Source: Owenia fusiformis
Taxonomy: Eukaryota
Assembly: GCA_903813345.2 (NCBI GenBank)
Contig: CAIIXF020000001.1
Location: 45,508,001-45,572,000 of the forward strand
Direction: 5' to 3'
DNA: 64,000 bases
Positions 1 to 12,300 of this stretch are shown in pieces (the first letter of the stretch is position 1; every line of letters begins with the position of its first letter). The notes under the pieces were generated by a model. It saw only the letters and a program-made list of their open reading frames with translations. It made no database searches and was not told the origin of the DNA. The translations under genes and the position numbers were made by a program.

Positions 1-846
1 AAGAGTTCTTTAAGTCATTACCTTATTCCGCCACAATGACAATTGTGACCAAAACAAGGCAGTAATTGACAATTTGTATCGTAATCTGATTTCAAGGATA
101 TGGCTCGAAGTATTTTTCCAGGAGATATTTAAGACAGTGGAATGCGGTTGATATAACTAATTAATTTAATGTGATATCACGCATGTCCTCAACAATAAAA
201 ACAAATCGCAAAGGATCTTTTTAGCATCGGGTTAACCAATACAATATTTAAATAAAACCATAAAGATTTTCGTCTTAGATCAACACTACAATGGTGTCAA
301 TTCAATTAATGCATCTGTATAAGAGGAGGTCGACAACATGCTTGTACTTTCTCCAATCTCTTTTGATTATATCAACTGCAACAACATCATCGCGATGACA
401 AGTCCATTGCTGTGGGTGTACACTGTCGAAACTTGCAGTTATCTATTTCTTTAGAATTGTCTTATTTCAAATTCCAAACGGACGGTTTGTCTTTCAACAA
501 AGTTTCAGGACGGAAAATCCAAAATGACCAACAATAAAAAGCAGATTTACTGATTTTTTACAAAATTATGTCTCAGTAAATTTATTGTTAACAGTGGGTT
601 TTTACAATGCAGAACTCCTGAACTTATTTTAGATGTTACTGATTAGCTTCCTTATAAAAACTCAAAAGTATAATGTTAATAAAGTGAACATGGCCGACAG
701 GAAGTAGTTATCAAGTGCCTAAGAGTTGTCCATGAAAATTGAAGGTAAAGCAAGGCAGACAGGCAAGCAGTGAATATCAGAGCGGGAGATACACAACGGG
801 ACCGGAGATATACGAAATTTGGATACAGGGTTTATCCGAAGGGGGT

Positions 847-880
847 GGGGGTGCGATGGGTGCGCACCCATCGCACCCCC
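847..880. repeat. Perfect 34-bp GC-rich palindrome
   Basis: GGGGGTGCGATGGGTGC|GCACCCATCGCACCCCC, followed by C and A homopolymer runs. Confidence 0.85.
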
Positions 881-1381
881 TTTGACACCCCCCCCCCCCA
901 AAAAAAAAATTGACCCCCTCCAAAAAAAAAATTGACTCATACACTTTGAAAGCCACTGCATATGTAGAATCAATGAATTCACCTGTGTTAATACATCGCT
1001 GGCCGAATCGCTGATTTTAAATGCCCATCATTCACGTTTTTCGTTTGACAGTGAGCTTACGGATTAATGGGGCTCCCAGGCCTGTTGGAAAAACTGTTTT
1101 CAGATTTAAATACGATAGCTCTCTTCAGTTATCGTGTTTCATTTACCTTTCTGACTCAAGCAGCAGACAATATTAATTGGTACTTGTTTATGAAAAATCA
1201 GCTTTGAAAGCAGGAAGAAAGTTCTTCTTTATTGTTGTGTCTTCGGCGGAAACGTTTAATCGATTTAAAAAATCATTCGGTAAGAATTTTGACGACTGAA
1301 CATATTTCCTTCCGTCGATAATCCGACAATTCACTTGGAATTACAATTGCCATCAATATTGGAATTAATAATTGCATCGAT

Positions 1382-1716
1382 AATAGTACAATAACGTCAT
1401 TTCGAAGGGCAATATAGTGAAATATTGGACCGAGGGCCAAATGCTCAAGGTCCAATAGTTCACTATATTGCCCGCAGTTATTAGTTCATGACCAGGACTG
1501 AAACAGCAAGAAAATCTTACGCACTGAACGATAGATAATTTCCCGGGGAAAATTGCCGGTCGTTAAATGCATTTTCGACCGGTCTGGAATGCTATATTGA
1601 CCGCCACTATGACGTCACATATTGCTCAGGTCGATATAGTAAAATGAATGCCTTCTAAACCACGGTGTAAACTAGCACTAAAACCCCTAGAACTCGCCCG
1701 GCAAGGTGGTAATAAT
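1382..1716 (+). mobile_element. Dispersed hairpin-containing repeat, copy 1 (second copy at 48665-48844)
   Basis: Near-identical to 48665-48844. Internal hairpin gggcaatatagtgaaatattggacc...ggtccaatagttcactatattgccc. Confidence 0.8.
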
Positions 1717-2189
1717 TGAAACTTGACAAATGAGCATATTATACAAGATGAAGATATTACTCGTATATACCATGTTTCATCTGAAATTATACTTGTTAGT
1801 TAAGTAATATTACGTCGGATTCCCTTTTGTTTATAATTACCAAGTGTAATTGCCTCTTGTTGGCTCTTGTAATTGTTAACAGAGTAACAGGTACAATAAA
1901 GGTACAAGGTACGAGTACAGATATTATCACAAACTGACAACTCAAATCCCCGGGAAAATAATTACGTGTCCATCAATTTATTTTCGTTTAGTACCAAGCT
2001 TTGCCTTCACAAAATGAATATTTGAACTTATGGATGTTTAGGAAAGACTTTTATGATAGCCCGGCATTGTATACACCCTCAGAAATATATAAGGTGTATG
2101 TACTGGGTTGTTTTGGATATTGGGCTTATCCAGAGGAAGATGTGCATATCTACCCGAGGGACCGTAGGGAACAGAGATAGATATAAAGT

Positions 2190-4960
2190 TTATGTACTGG
2201 GAAGTTTTGTATACAGGGTTTATCCCTAGGTAAATATGTGTATCTCCCGAGGGACCGCAGGGACACATATTTCCCGAGGGATAAACCTGAATCCCAAACC
2301 GACCGTACAAAACAGATGTATTCCATACCTACTAATGTTCTAGGTACATTGTACCTCATAAAGTTCCAAAATTCAAAAACGTACTTAAGGTACGCATTTT
2401 CCTTGTCTTAAAAAGTAATGTTTGGGTTTTTATGAGAGTTTCAGACTCAGATATTTTGGAGCAGATCAATGAATTGATATTGAAAAGTATACGACATTAG
2501 TTTGAAATATAATTTTTATTTCGTAGTTAAACGTTTTACTGAGTTCACTTTTCAGGAGCGGGACCGAGATGGATCCAGCATGTACATATCCATCCCGGTC
2601 CCGGACCTTGGCGACAGCTCCCTAGAAACACTATACGTATACTCCCACTCGTTATGTACCTAAAACCTCAGTAGGTATAGAATACATAGAGATTATCCTA
2701 TATGAGGTTCAGGATATTGGGATTATCCCGAGGCCAATATAATATATTTGCCCGAGGGCCGCAGGTCCCGAGGGAAAATATATTATATTGGCCAAGGGAT
2801 TATCCCAATATCCTGAACCGACTATAGGATAATATGTTTATCCCATACCAATCTTGGTCATCTGGTTCACATTGTTCAATCGTGGAAATATTTTAGAATA
2901 TTCATGCCCAGTTTTGTTTTCTTGGCCGTGGGCGGGTTTTCCTGTTCCCTCAAATATTCCCACATTTATTTTCTCGAATTTTTGATTGATTAAGTGGATG
3001 CTCCTTCCCTTTTTTAAACCATCAAACAGATCCCGATTGTCTGTGTTTTCTCCATTGTCGTGTACAGTCATTACACGAACGTTACAAATTATGAACAAAC
3101 ATGCGAGCGGCGATTATGACGTAGCGGGCAGATATACTATATCTGCCCGCTCGGAGCGGGACGTATAGCTATATCTGCCCGCTGATGAAAATATAAGTTT
3201 TTACAAACCGGCTTTATGTACCTGTAACACGTCCAAGTATGGGATAAATAGAGATAATCCTATATGAGGTTCAGGATATTGGGATTATCCCGAGGCCAAT
3301 ATAATATATTTGCCCGAGGGCCGCAGGTCCCGAGGGAAAATATATTATATTGGCCAAGGGATTATCCCAATATCCTGAACCGACTATAGGATAATATGTT
3401 TATCCCATACCAATCTTGGTCATCTGGTTCACATTGTTCAATCGTGGAAATATTTTAGAATATTCATGCCCAGTTTTGTTTTCTTGGCCGAGGGCGGGTT
3501 TTCCTGTTCCCTCAAATATTCCCACATTTATTTTCTCGAATTTTTGATTGATTAAGTGGATGCTCCTTCCCTTTTTTAAACCATCAAACAGATCCCGATT
3601 GTCTGTGTTTTCTCCATTGTCGTGTACAGTCATTACACGAACGTTACAAATTATGAACAAATATGCGAGCGGCGATTATGACGTAGCGGGCAGATTTACT
3701 ATATCTGCCCGCTCGGAGCGGGACGTATAGCTATATCTGCCCGCTGATGAAAATATAAGTTTTTACAAACCGGCTTTATGTACTTGTAACACGTCCAAGT
3801 ATGGGATAAATAGAGATTATCCTATATGAGGTTCAGGATATTGGGATTATCCCGAGGCCAATATAATATATTTGCCTGAGGGCCGCAGGTCCCGAGGGAA
3901 AATATATTATATTGGCCAAGGGATTATCCCAATATCCTGAACCGACTATAGGATAATATGTTTATCCCATACCAATCTTGGTCATCTGGTTCACATTGTT
4001 CAATCGTGGAAATATTTTAGAATATCCATGCCCAGTTTTGTTTTCTTGGCCGTGGGCGGGTTTTCCTGTTCCCTCAAATATTCCCACATTTATTTTCTCG
4101 AATTTTTGATTGATTAAGTGGATGCTCCTTCCCTTTTTTAAACCATCAAACAGATCCCGATTGTCTGTGTTTTCTCCATTGTCGTGTACAGTCATTACAC
4201 GAACGTTACAAATTATGAACAAACATGCGAGCGGCGATTATGACGTAGCGGGCAGATATACTATATCTGCCCGCTCGGAGCGGGACGTATAGCTATATCT
4301 GCCCGCTGATGAAAATATAAGTTTTTACAAACCGGCTTTATGTACCTGCAACACGCCTTTATCCCATACTTGGACGTGTAATGTACATAAAGCAGGTTTG
4401 TAGAAACTTATATTTTCATCAGCGGGCAGATATAGCTTTACGTCCCGCTCTGAGCGGGCAGATATACTACGTCATAATCGCCGTTCGCATATTGGTTCAT
4501 TTTTGTAACGTTCGCAAAGAAGCCGAAGGAGCTATACGCATCCCTGTGACCAATTGAACAATGTGACCAATGTGACCAATGTTGATATGGGATAAACAGA
4601 TCATCCTGTAGTCGGTTCGGGATATTGAGATTATCCCGAGGCCAATATAATATATCTGCCCGATGGCCGTAGGTCTCTATATTTCCCGAGGGATAAACCC
4701 CATTTCCGAACCGACCGTACATAACTGCTAAATCCTAAAACAAGTGTGGAAATTTCACAAACTTAGAAACTACTTTTAAGACTAAGAAAATGCGTACCCT
4801 AAGTAAGTTTCTGAATTTTGGAACTTTATGAGGTATAATGTACCTAGAATCTGGGGAGGTATGGAACGTATCTGTTATGTACGGTCGCTTTGCGGTCCCT
4901 CGGGAGATACGCATATTTCCCTTGGGATAAACCCTGTGTTCAAAACCTACCAGTACATAA
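2190..4960. mobile_element. Composite non-autonomous element with ~200-bp imperfect inverted arms enclosing a 562-bp tandem triplication
   Basis: 2190-2420 is the reverse complement of ~4771-4960 (e.g. tacctcataaagttccaaaattca / tgaattttggaactttatgaggta). Boundaries are approximate. Confidence 0.7.
2686..4355 (+). repeat. Tandem repeat, 562-bp unit x3, near-identical
   Basis: Unit starts at 2686, 3248 and 3810. The repeated ORFs are spaced exactly 562 bp and differ by only a few substitutions. Confidence 0.95.
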
Positions 4961-5854
4961 CCCTTCTATGTTAACTGAACCCATAAAGAAAATATATTAG
5001 TCCCTCCATAAGGTCCGGGCCTCTTCGTAAATTAAAATAATTGGACTTTTAATCTAGGATAAAACTGCATCAGCTTTCGAAAATAATGTATCACCTTATT
5101 GTCGGGTTAATGGTGGCAGGTATAAGCAGGTGCCTTGTGTGTATGTTGAAACGGACACGTTGATGAAGTCGAATAACATACGTTGTAATAATCAAGATAT
5201 CAATTTCGTCATAAAATTGATATGGAACATTATATTGAAATCAAATACACTTACAGAGTGCAAAAGATAGAAGTTATCCCTTCATACACTGTTTAGAGAC
5301 TTTAGACGGCAATGCTTGAACACGCATCGGCGCTTTTCATTAATCCGTGTACGTAATCCTCGGGGTAATATACGGCCAACCTTTCGGGATGTTCAGTTAG
5401 ATTATGAGCTGTTCGATTCTACTGAGAAATGAAGAATGACTTATCGTATATTGTAAATTTGCAAAACAAGATAAAAACATCTTAGAACAAAGGATAAGCG
5501 TATTAGGGGGAACATCGACAGCAGACCACTGCTCGAATGCCGCTGAAGATAGTGCCGGCTTTATTGCAACAGATGCAGGGATGCGCTAATAAACTGCATT
5601 CAGCTCCGTTCGTGAAGTTAATATACTAAAGACAGCACCCAGTCAAAGACGTCATTGTTAGAGTCGTCGGCATATGCATCACACGGACAAGCATTCGACC
5701 GACGAAACATCAGCAATAAATAAGACGAACATAATGAATATAGAGAATTAAGCGAAAATCAAAAAAACGTGAGAAACTATACTGACAATAAAGAAGTGAT
5801 TTGTGGTAAACGGACGTGCAGCTGAGAAGAGCACTTGGATCACAAAAGGGAGAT

Positions 5855-6307
5855 ATGGATCCTGTCGAATCGCCAGACTATTTGGATCCTATCTCAGATC
5901 AAGATGAATATCCCGACTATAACCTTACGCAATCGTTTAACAAATCTATGATTTTCAATAAAGTCAACGACACGAAGACATTCGAAAAATATTATAATGA
6001 ATATAACCTGACTGACGAGGAGTATATCGACGATATTTTACAGTTTATTTTTCCGACACCGCCCGAATGGTTCCTTATACTGTTGTATACTATCATATTC
6101 ATAGTCGGAATAGTTGGAAACTTTCTCGTCTGTTTTGCAGTATGGCGAAATCATCATATGAGAACGGTCACAAATTATTTCATCGTGAATTTGGCGATAG
6201 GCGACTTTCTAGTAATTCTAGTATGCCTCCCGCCTACCGTTCTGACAGATGTCACAGAGACGTGGTATTTGGGAACGGTTATGTGCAAGATAATCAAATA
6301 TATCCAG
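5855..6307 (+). CDS. GPCR coding exon 1 (acidic, N-glycosylated N-terminus; TM1-TM2; start of TM3)
   Basis: ATG at 5855 (MDPVESPDY...). Ends KYIQ|gtgaga, phase 0. Sequons NLT, NKS, NDT, NLT. Confidence 0.93.
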
Positions 6308-9300
6308 GTGAGAATAAAATTTTGTATAAAGAAGATTACAGGTAAGATATTTTTAGGAAAGACAAGTTCGTCTTAGACCCCCTTGCCAAAAAAGTACTTT
6401 TTTATATTCGAGGTTCTTTGGATATTGCATATTTCAATAAACGCATGCTTCATTTGAAAATATGCATGATTGTTAGATAATTGCTTCTGATCAGGTTCCT
6501 CTGTCGGGAAGTAACTTTTATTAAACTCAATTTGAGAATTCTGCAATTTTCCTTCGTTGGTACACATTATTAATATCGTTAATTCAGTTCGATGGACCTG
6601 TCAAATGCAAAATAAAAGCTTCCGGAGATAGCACGCTGGTGTATCGCCAGTAGAATCTCAAACCGTTCATTTTTAATTTGAGAAAGCCTGTGTGTCATCA
6701 AACGCTTCACAAAGCGGAACAAAACATTTAACAACTTCTTTTGTTCTGTTAACACCAGCTATATTCCGTAATTAATTTCCTAGACGGGAAAGAAATCCAC
6801 CTTATCCCAGGGATCACTGTGTCGATGGAGTCTTACTTTAAATATCATAGGAATATAATCTAAATGCCATTGCCATGTGTTTAATATACTTGAATTTAAA
6901 GGTGTCTTATGTAATAATATCGTCCACATTCCTCGTTTAATTTGTCGCTATGTTATATTCAGTGTTATATAAGAACTTCGATCTGAAGTATTGCGATTTA
7001 CGTATTGATACAAGGGCTCTTGATCAACTTTAATAATGGTTGCAATAATGATGTCATGTTACAATTGCTCTTGAAGGATAATCCTACCTCTGATAAAATA
7101 TTGCTTGAATGGACATGGTCGAGTGTTTGTATAATCATAGACCAAGGTATAATGAGATACATTTAGTGGAATCACAGACCGTCATTTCAAATTCCATCCC
7201 AATATTTATTTAGCAAAAACTACAGTGATGACGAATAATTTAGTTTGGGTGGCCTGTGGTCTGATTTCCGTTCTGGACGAGTTTACCATCAGCAGACGTT
7301 AGTGCGAGAAAGGCCAATTTAGACGTTAAACTGAAAATAATTTCAATAATTAGCATTTCCTCTAACTCTTTGATTAATCATGATCCGTATCGGGTGTGAT
7401 TATAAGTAGCAATTCAGCATTTGTGGTTGTTCTCCTTACAAAATTAGTCTACGATATTTGCGTCAACGCTTCATTATAAGTATAAAGTTGGAATATAATA
7501 CCTAATATTTCATTAAAAAATGATATGATCGCATTATTATCGTTATTATTACAAGTACTGTGTCATGGAATTAATTCGTCATTAGTGTTGATCATGATAC
7601 GTCACTTTTGCCAAGTCAAGTAAAATATGATTTCTGGATTTTAATAACTTTTCTTGCGGCAATTAAATAGGTTCTTTTCAACTCAATATGAAAGGGAATC
7701 TAAAGTCGATATTCGTTTTCATACGGCGACGGATTCCAGAGAATTCGAAGTCGAAGTATGAGGTTTTGTCCTTTAATATATACTGTACCAACTGAATAAG
7801 CAAGGACGTCTCCGTGATTTGTCCAAGGGGGTTGCGTCTAAATCTAAAAAAAATAAAAATAAAATAATCATAGCTTGTACTTGAAGCATACGGTTCTTTC
7901 CTCCGAGTCTTCTTCTCATCCCCATAAGCGAAATCCAAATGGATTGGCTCATCAATTCTGTCCATATATGATATTCAATGCTTTTCGTTTTGTATCAAAG
8001 CTGTACTCGAAGTTTAGTTGTATGGCTGGTTTGGTGTAATTTCACTGACACGCTCTCGAATTTTTCGATAGTACTTTTTTACAATTTTTTGTTGTGCCTA
8101 CGTTCTATTTTTTACCTTGAGCCACAGATATATGACACTTTTGGCGTAAAATTAAGGTGATTTGGCCTAGAGTGGCAAAGTTATCATGACAGTCGGAAGT
8201 TGAGGCCAATATAAATGAAATTATTCATTAAATATTTATAGTTACCTTGTTTCCTAAGCTGTAGAAAATGCAAATTCATCATTATTGCTCTGTTTGATTT
8301 GACAATCATTTAGGACATTGAGTTCCCTTTAAAACATGCTTTATTTCATGAAAATCGAGCCTCTATTGACTATCTTATGAATTTTTAAAGGTAAAATATC
8401 GTTAACAGACAAATAGAACGCAAGTCGCGAGTTCTCTCAGAAAAATGTTTTTTCTTGAAAACTACTTAATGAATTCATGAACCTTTGAATTTTTTGCATG
8501 CTTTTGAATGTTTATGCAAACGGTGGTATCAGAATTATAACGAAACCCCTCTCCATGTGCTATGTGGCTACGATGCAAAATCATGAACCAAAACTATGTT
8601 CAGTGGTCAGTATCAAGCGAAGGTAACGGTCATTACCATTGCATTTAAGATGGCGGGCGGTCAGTGTCGACTTCGATATTTGAAATGAATCAGACTAATA
8701 TGACATGGAAACGTGGGTGCAGCAGTGGAACAATATATTCCACCGTTTAAGGGAAGGCAACTGAAAACCTATGTTACGGAAACCAAAATTCCCCCTTGCG
8801 AATTGGTGTTATAAAAAAGTTTGTAGACTTGAGGGTTAGGCTTCTTGAGCCTTACCAGATTGATTAATTAGGAAGATTGTGAAACCTAGATTGACGGATG
8901 TCGGATATAGATGGGTATCTCTCCATGTTTTAGAAACAATAATTTGAATATAAGGAAATTGGGTCAATTCGTGTATGTAGTATCTTGATAATTTTATCAG
9001 TACGCATTCCTTGATGAGTACTGCGGATTAGCTCGGCATGACAGTCAAAATATAAGCATACTTCACAAAAATAAATCACTAGATTACCTACTTAACTGAT
9101 GTCTGCATCCTCTACAACGGCACCATTCTACTGGTAAACCTCCACTGCGGCACTGAACACCGTTTACATGATTAGTTAAATAGTTTTGAGTAGTATAAAT
9201 AGCGTTATGCTGACCCCTCGTGGATTTCAGATGGTGAAATAGGCAGATAGAGTTTGATTGCTATTCTCAACTGAAACTATTAAACTGGCCTTATCTAAAC

Positions 9301-12300
9301 TGCATGTAGCGTGGATTTACTAGTATTCAACTCAACCCAATAGACCGAAAAACCGAGACTTGATGGCGATAAAGAACATTCGATCATATCCTACTTTTAT
9401 CAATTCAGACTTCATTTAAAATCACCATTACTGAAGTCACGAACACTGTGAAAAAAGCCAAATATAGTTTGTACTATAGCAAACTATTTTTTAGAATAAC
9501 CCCCATATAGTTTGAATTTCACCTAAAATATGGGCGAGAATAGTTTCTCCCATATTCCTAAAAACGGAACACTTTAATATAAGTCCTGATATACTCTCCG
9601 ATACGCCCATATAAACTAAAATAAGTTGCATATATCATTGCAGAGTGTATATCTTTACTGAACTATTTTCCACTTATACGCCTCAAAGTCGGAATCAAAC
9701 CTACTATATGCGTTGAAAAACAACTTATATTAAATAAAAACAGACTATATCAAACTATACTTGACTTATTCTTCTCTTATTCTACCTCAAAACAAACTAT
9801 ACTCGTCTTATACTCGATATTACGTAATAGCTTCAGTTCCCGAGTTTGTTGTTTTAACAGATTAAAAGCAAAGTCCAGCATTGAATGTATTTTGTTTTCA
9901 ATGCTAATTAATTCGCTTGTTCAGATTAATCTGGTCATTTCTATAACTGAGGGTTCTAATTTCCATCAAAAAGTCATTTATAAATTAAGCTTTTTACTTT
10001 TACTAAATTGGACTATGACAGTCGAATTATAATTAACACTGTGCTAAATTTTGGATTCATTTCATTAAGTCTGTGGAAAGTTACATTTTTCAATTCACTT
10101 GGTATTGAAGTAAAACTAATATAGAATAAAATGTTTAATATAGTTGCAATAAGAGGGAATCGTATATTTTTTCCTGTATGGTAGCCAGTTATTTCCTGTA
10201 TTATAGCGGAATAAGATATAATAACTATTTTTAAAAATTAATTTTTCTTTAATAATATTATTTGTGTATAATTTGAAGGGAACAACATATAATGCCTTAT
10301 AATATAGAATAATATTCTAGTCAGGAGCAAATAATATGTTGGCATTTGCAATCAAAACCGAATTATATGCGTTTATTTTTGAGCCGTTAATCCCTAAGTA
10401 TTCCATTCCTATGAAATGAGTTTCATTCACACTAATTAATCCGTTTGTTAGGATTAATTTCTACAACTGATGGTTCTTATTTCTCAAAAAATTATTTGCA
10501 AATTAAGTTTTTACATATTTATTTGATTGTATAATGTCCCTAGAGGTATGATTAAGATTGTGTTAAATTTGGGATTCAATCGATAAATCCATTGGAAAGT
10601 TAATTTTTTTATTCTTAATTAATGAGTTTTCTTCACATTTTTACTCTATTGTTTCTTTGTCACATCAGGTTTACAACAAACAACATTTAAATCCCCCTCT
10701 TACACAGCTACAAACAACCACCTGTACTATTCACTTTGCCAACCAAAAACAGTCATGACACGGAACTGCTCAATATTCAATTAATATATTACGCATTTTA
10801 TACAAGCCCGTACCTAAGGACCCTCTTCCCCTGGCCAACAATTCTTTGAAGAAATGCAGTTTTTCACCATTCACATACATGTATTGACATGTCAGAGCAA
10901 TGTAATTAGTAAAACTTTAATCCCTAAGTATTCAATTTCTATGAATTGAGTTTTGTTCACCCTGATAAATAATCTGTTTGTTAGAGTTAATGGATTAATT
11001 TCTACAGCCTATGGCTCTAATTTCCACAAAAATACAAATTAGGTTTTTCATATTTATTTGATTGTATAGTGTACCTCGTGCTATGATTAACATTGTGTTA
11101 AAATTTGGATTCAATCGATTAACTCATTGGGAAGAAATTTCTTGATTTTTAGTTATGGGGCTTCCTCACAATTTAACTCCATTGTTTCTCTCTAACATTA
11201 AGTTTAATACAACAAACAACATTTAAAACCCTCTCTTACACAGACACAAACAAACACCCCTATTCACTTCGCAAACCACACAAAACGTTTATAACACAAT
11301 ATTGCAAAAATATTCAGCTCAATACATTACGCATTTGATACAGGTCTGTGGCCATGGGGGAGGGTCGTTGGGTTCATGTGAATCCCCCACCCCCTTGTCA
11401 AGATTCTTTTAAAATCATACAGTTTTCACCAATCTGAGCACTGTCAAGTGATTTTTGGCCAACATTATCAATTTTGACCCCCTTGGTACGTTTTGAAAAT
11501 TGTCCCCCTGAGCTCAAACTTATTACGTGCCTGTAATATACCAGAAATATTGCTCAGATTTCGTCTGACAAATCACTTATAATAAATTAAGAAATAACAT
11601 GCATTATGTAAATGATACAAGTAGTATTAAGCCATATTAAAACAAAGTTAAAACTTGTATTCTTTCACATTTCACAATTCATGTGTTTTCTGTTATCCAT
11701 ATGATAACTGAGATAAACACCCGTGATAAACAACAGAGATTAGCCCGTGCAATACAATTATTGTTTCTATTAGAATTGGACCATTTCTGTTTATAACAGC
11801 TGGTTTTATTAATCATTCTTTGTTTTCCGTTTCAATATAGACATATACAAAAGGTACAAGATTTGGTATGTTTAGTTGATAATGTAATAATGCAAATGAA
11901 GAAACGGGCGCATTTTACATTTATTGCAAATGTTTCATCTGACAAATTGATGATTATGATTTGAGCAAATTGGTGCATGGAAGAACAAACTGATGCAAAT
12001 AACATACAGTATGGACATACAGCTATGTCAGAGCAATATGATAAGTAAGACTTTAATCCCTAATTATTCAATTTCTATAAAATGAGTTTCTTTAACACTG
12101 ATAGCTAATCTGTTTGTTAGAGTCAATGGATTAATTTCCTACAGCCAACGATTCTAAGTTCCACATAAAATAATTTGCAAATTAAGTTTTTTATATTTAT
12201 TTGATTGTATATTATCCCCAATGTTATGATTAACATTGTGTTAAAATTTGGATTCAATCGATCAATTCATTGGAAAAATATTTTTTTCAATTCTTAATTA

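Noticed and set aside
2838..4292. Three repeated 86-aa and 60-aa ORFs
   Set aside because: By-products of the 562-bp tandem repeat; no recognisable domain or splice context.
5600..5660. Putative TATA and CRE-like motifs upstream of the receptor
   Set aside because: Non-consensus and expected by chance in AT-rich DNA; the transcription start is unknown.
5816..5854. GTG-initiated N-terminal extension of the GPCR in the ORF track
   Set aside because: Eukaryotic gene; the first in-frame ATG is at 5855. An upstream exon cannot be excluded.
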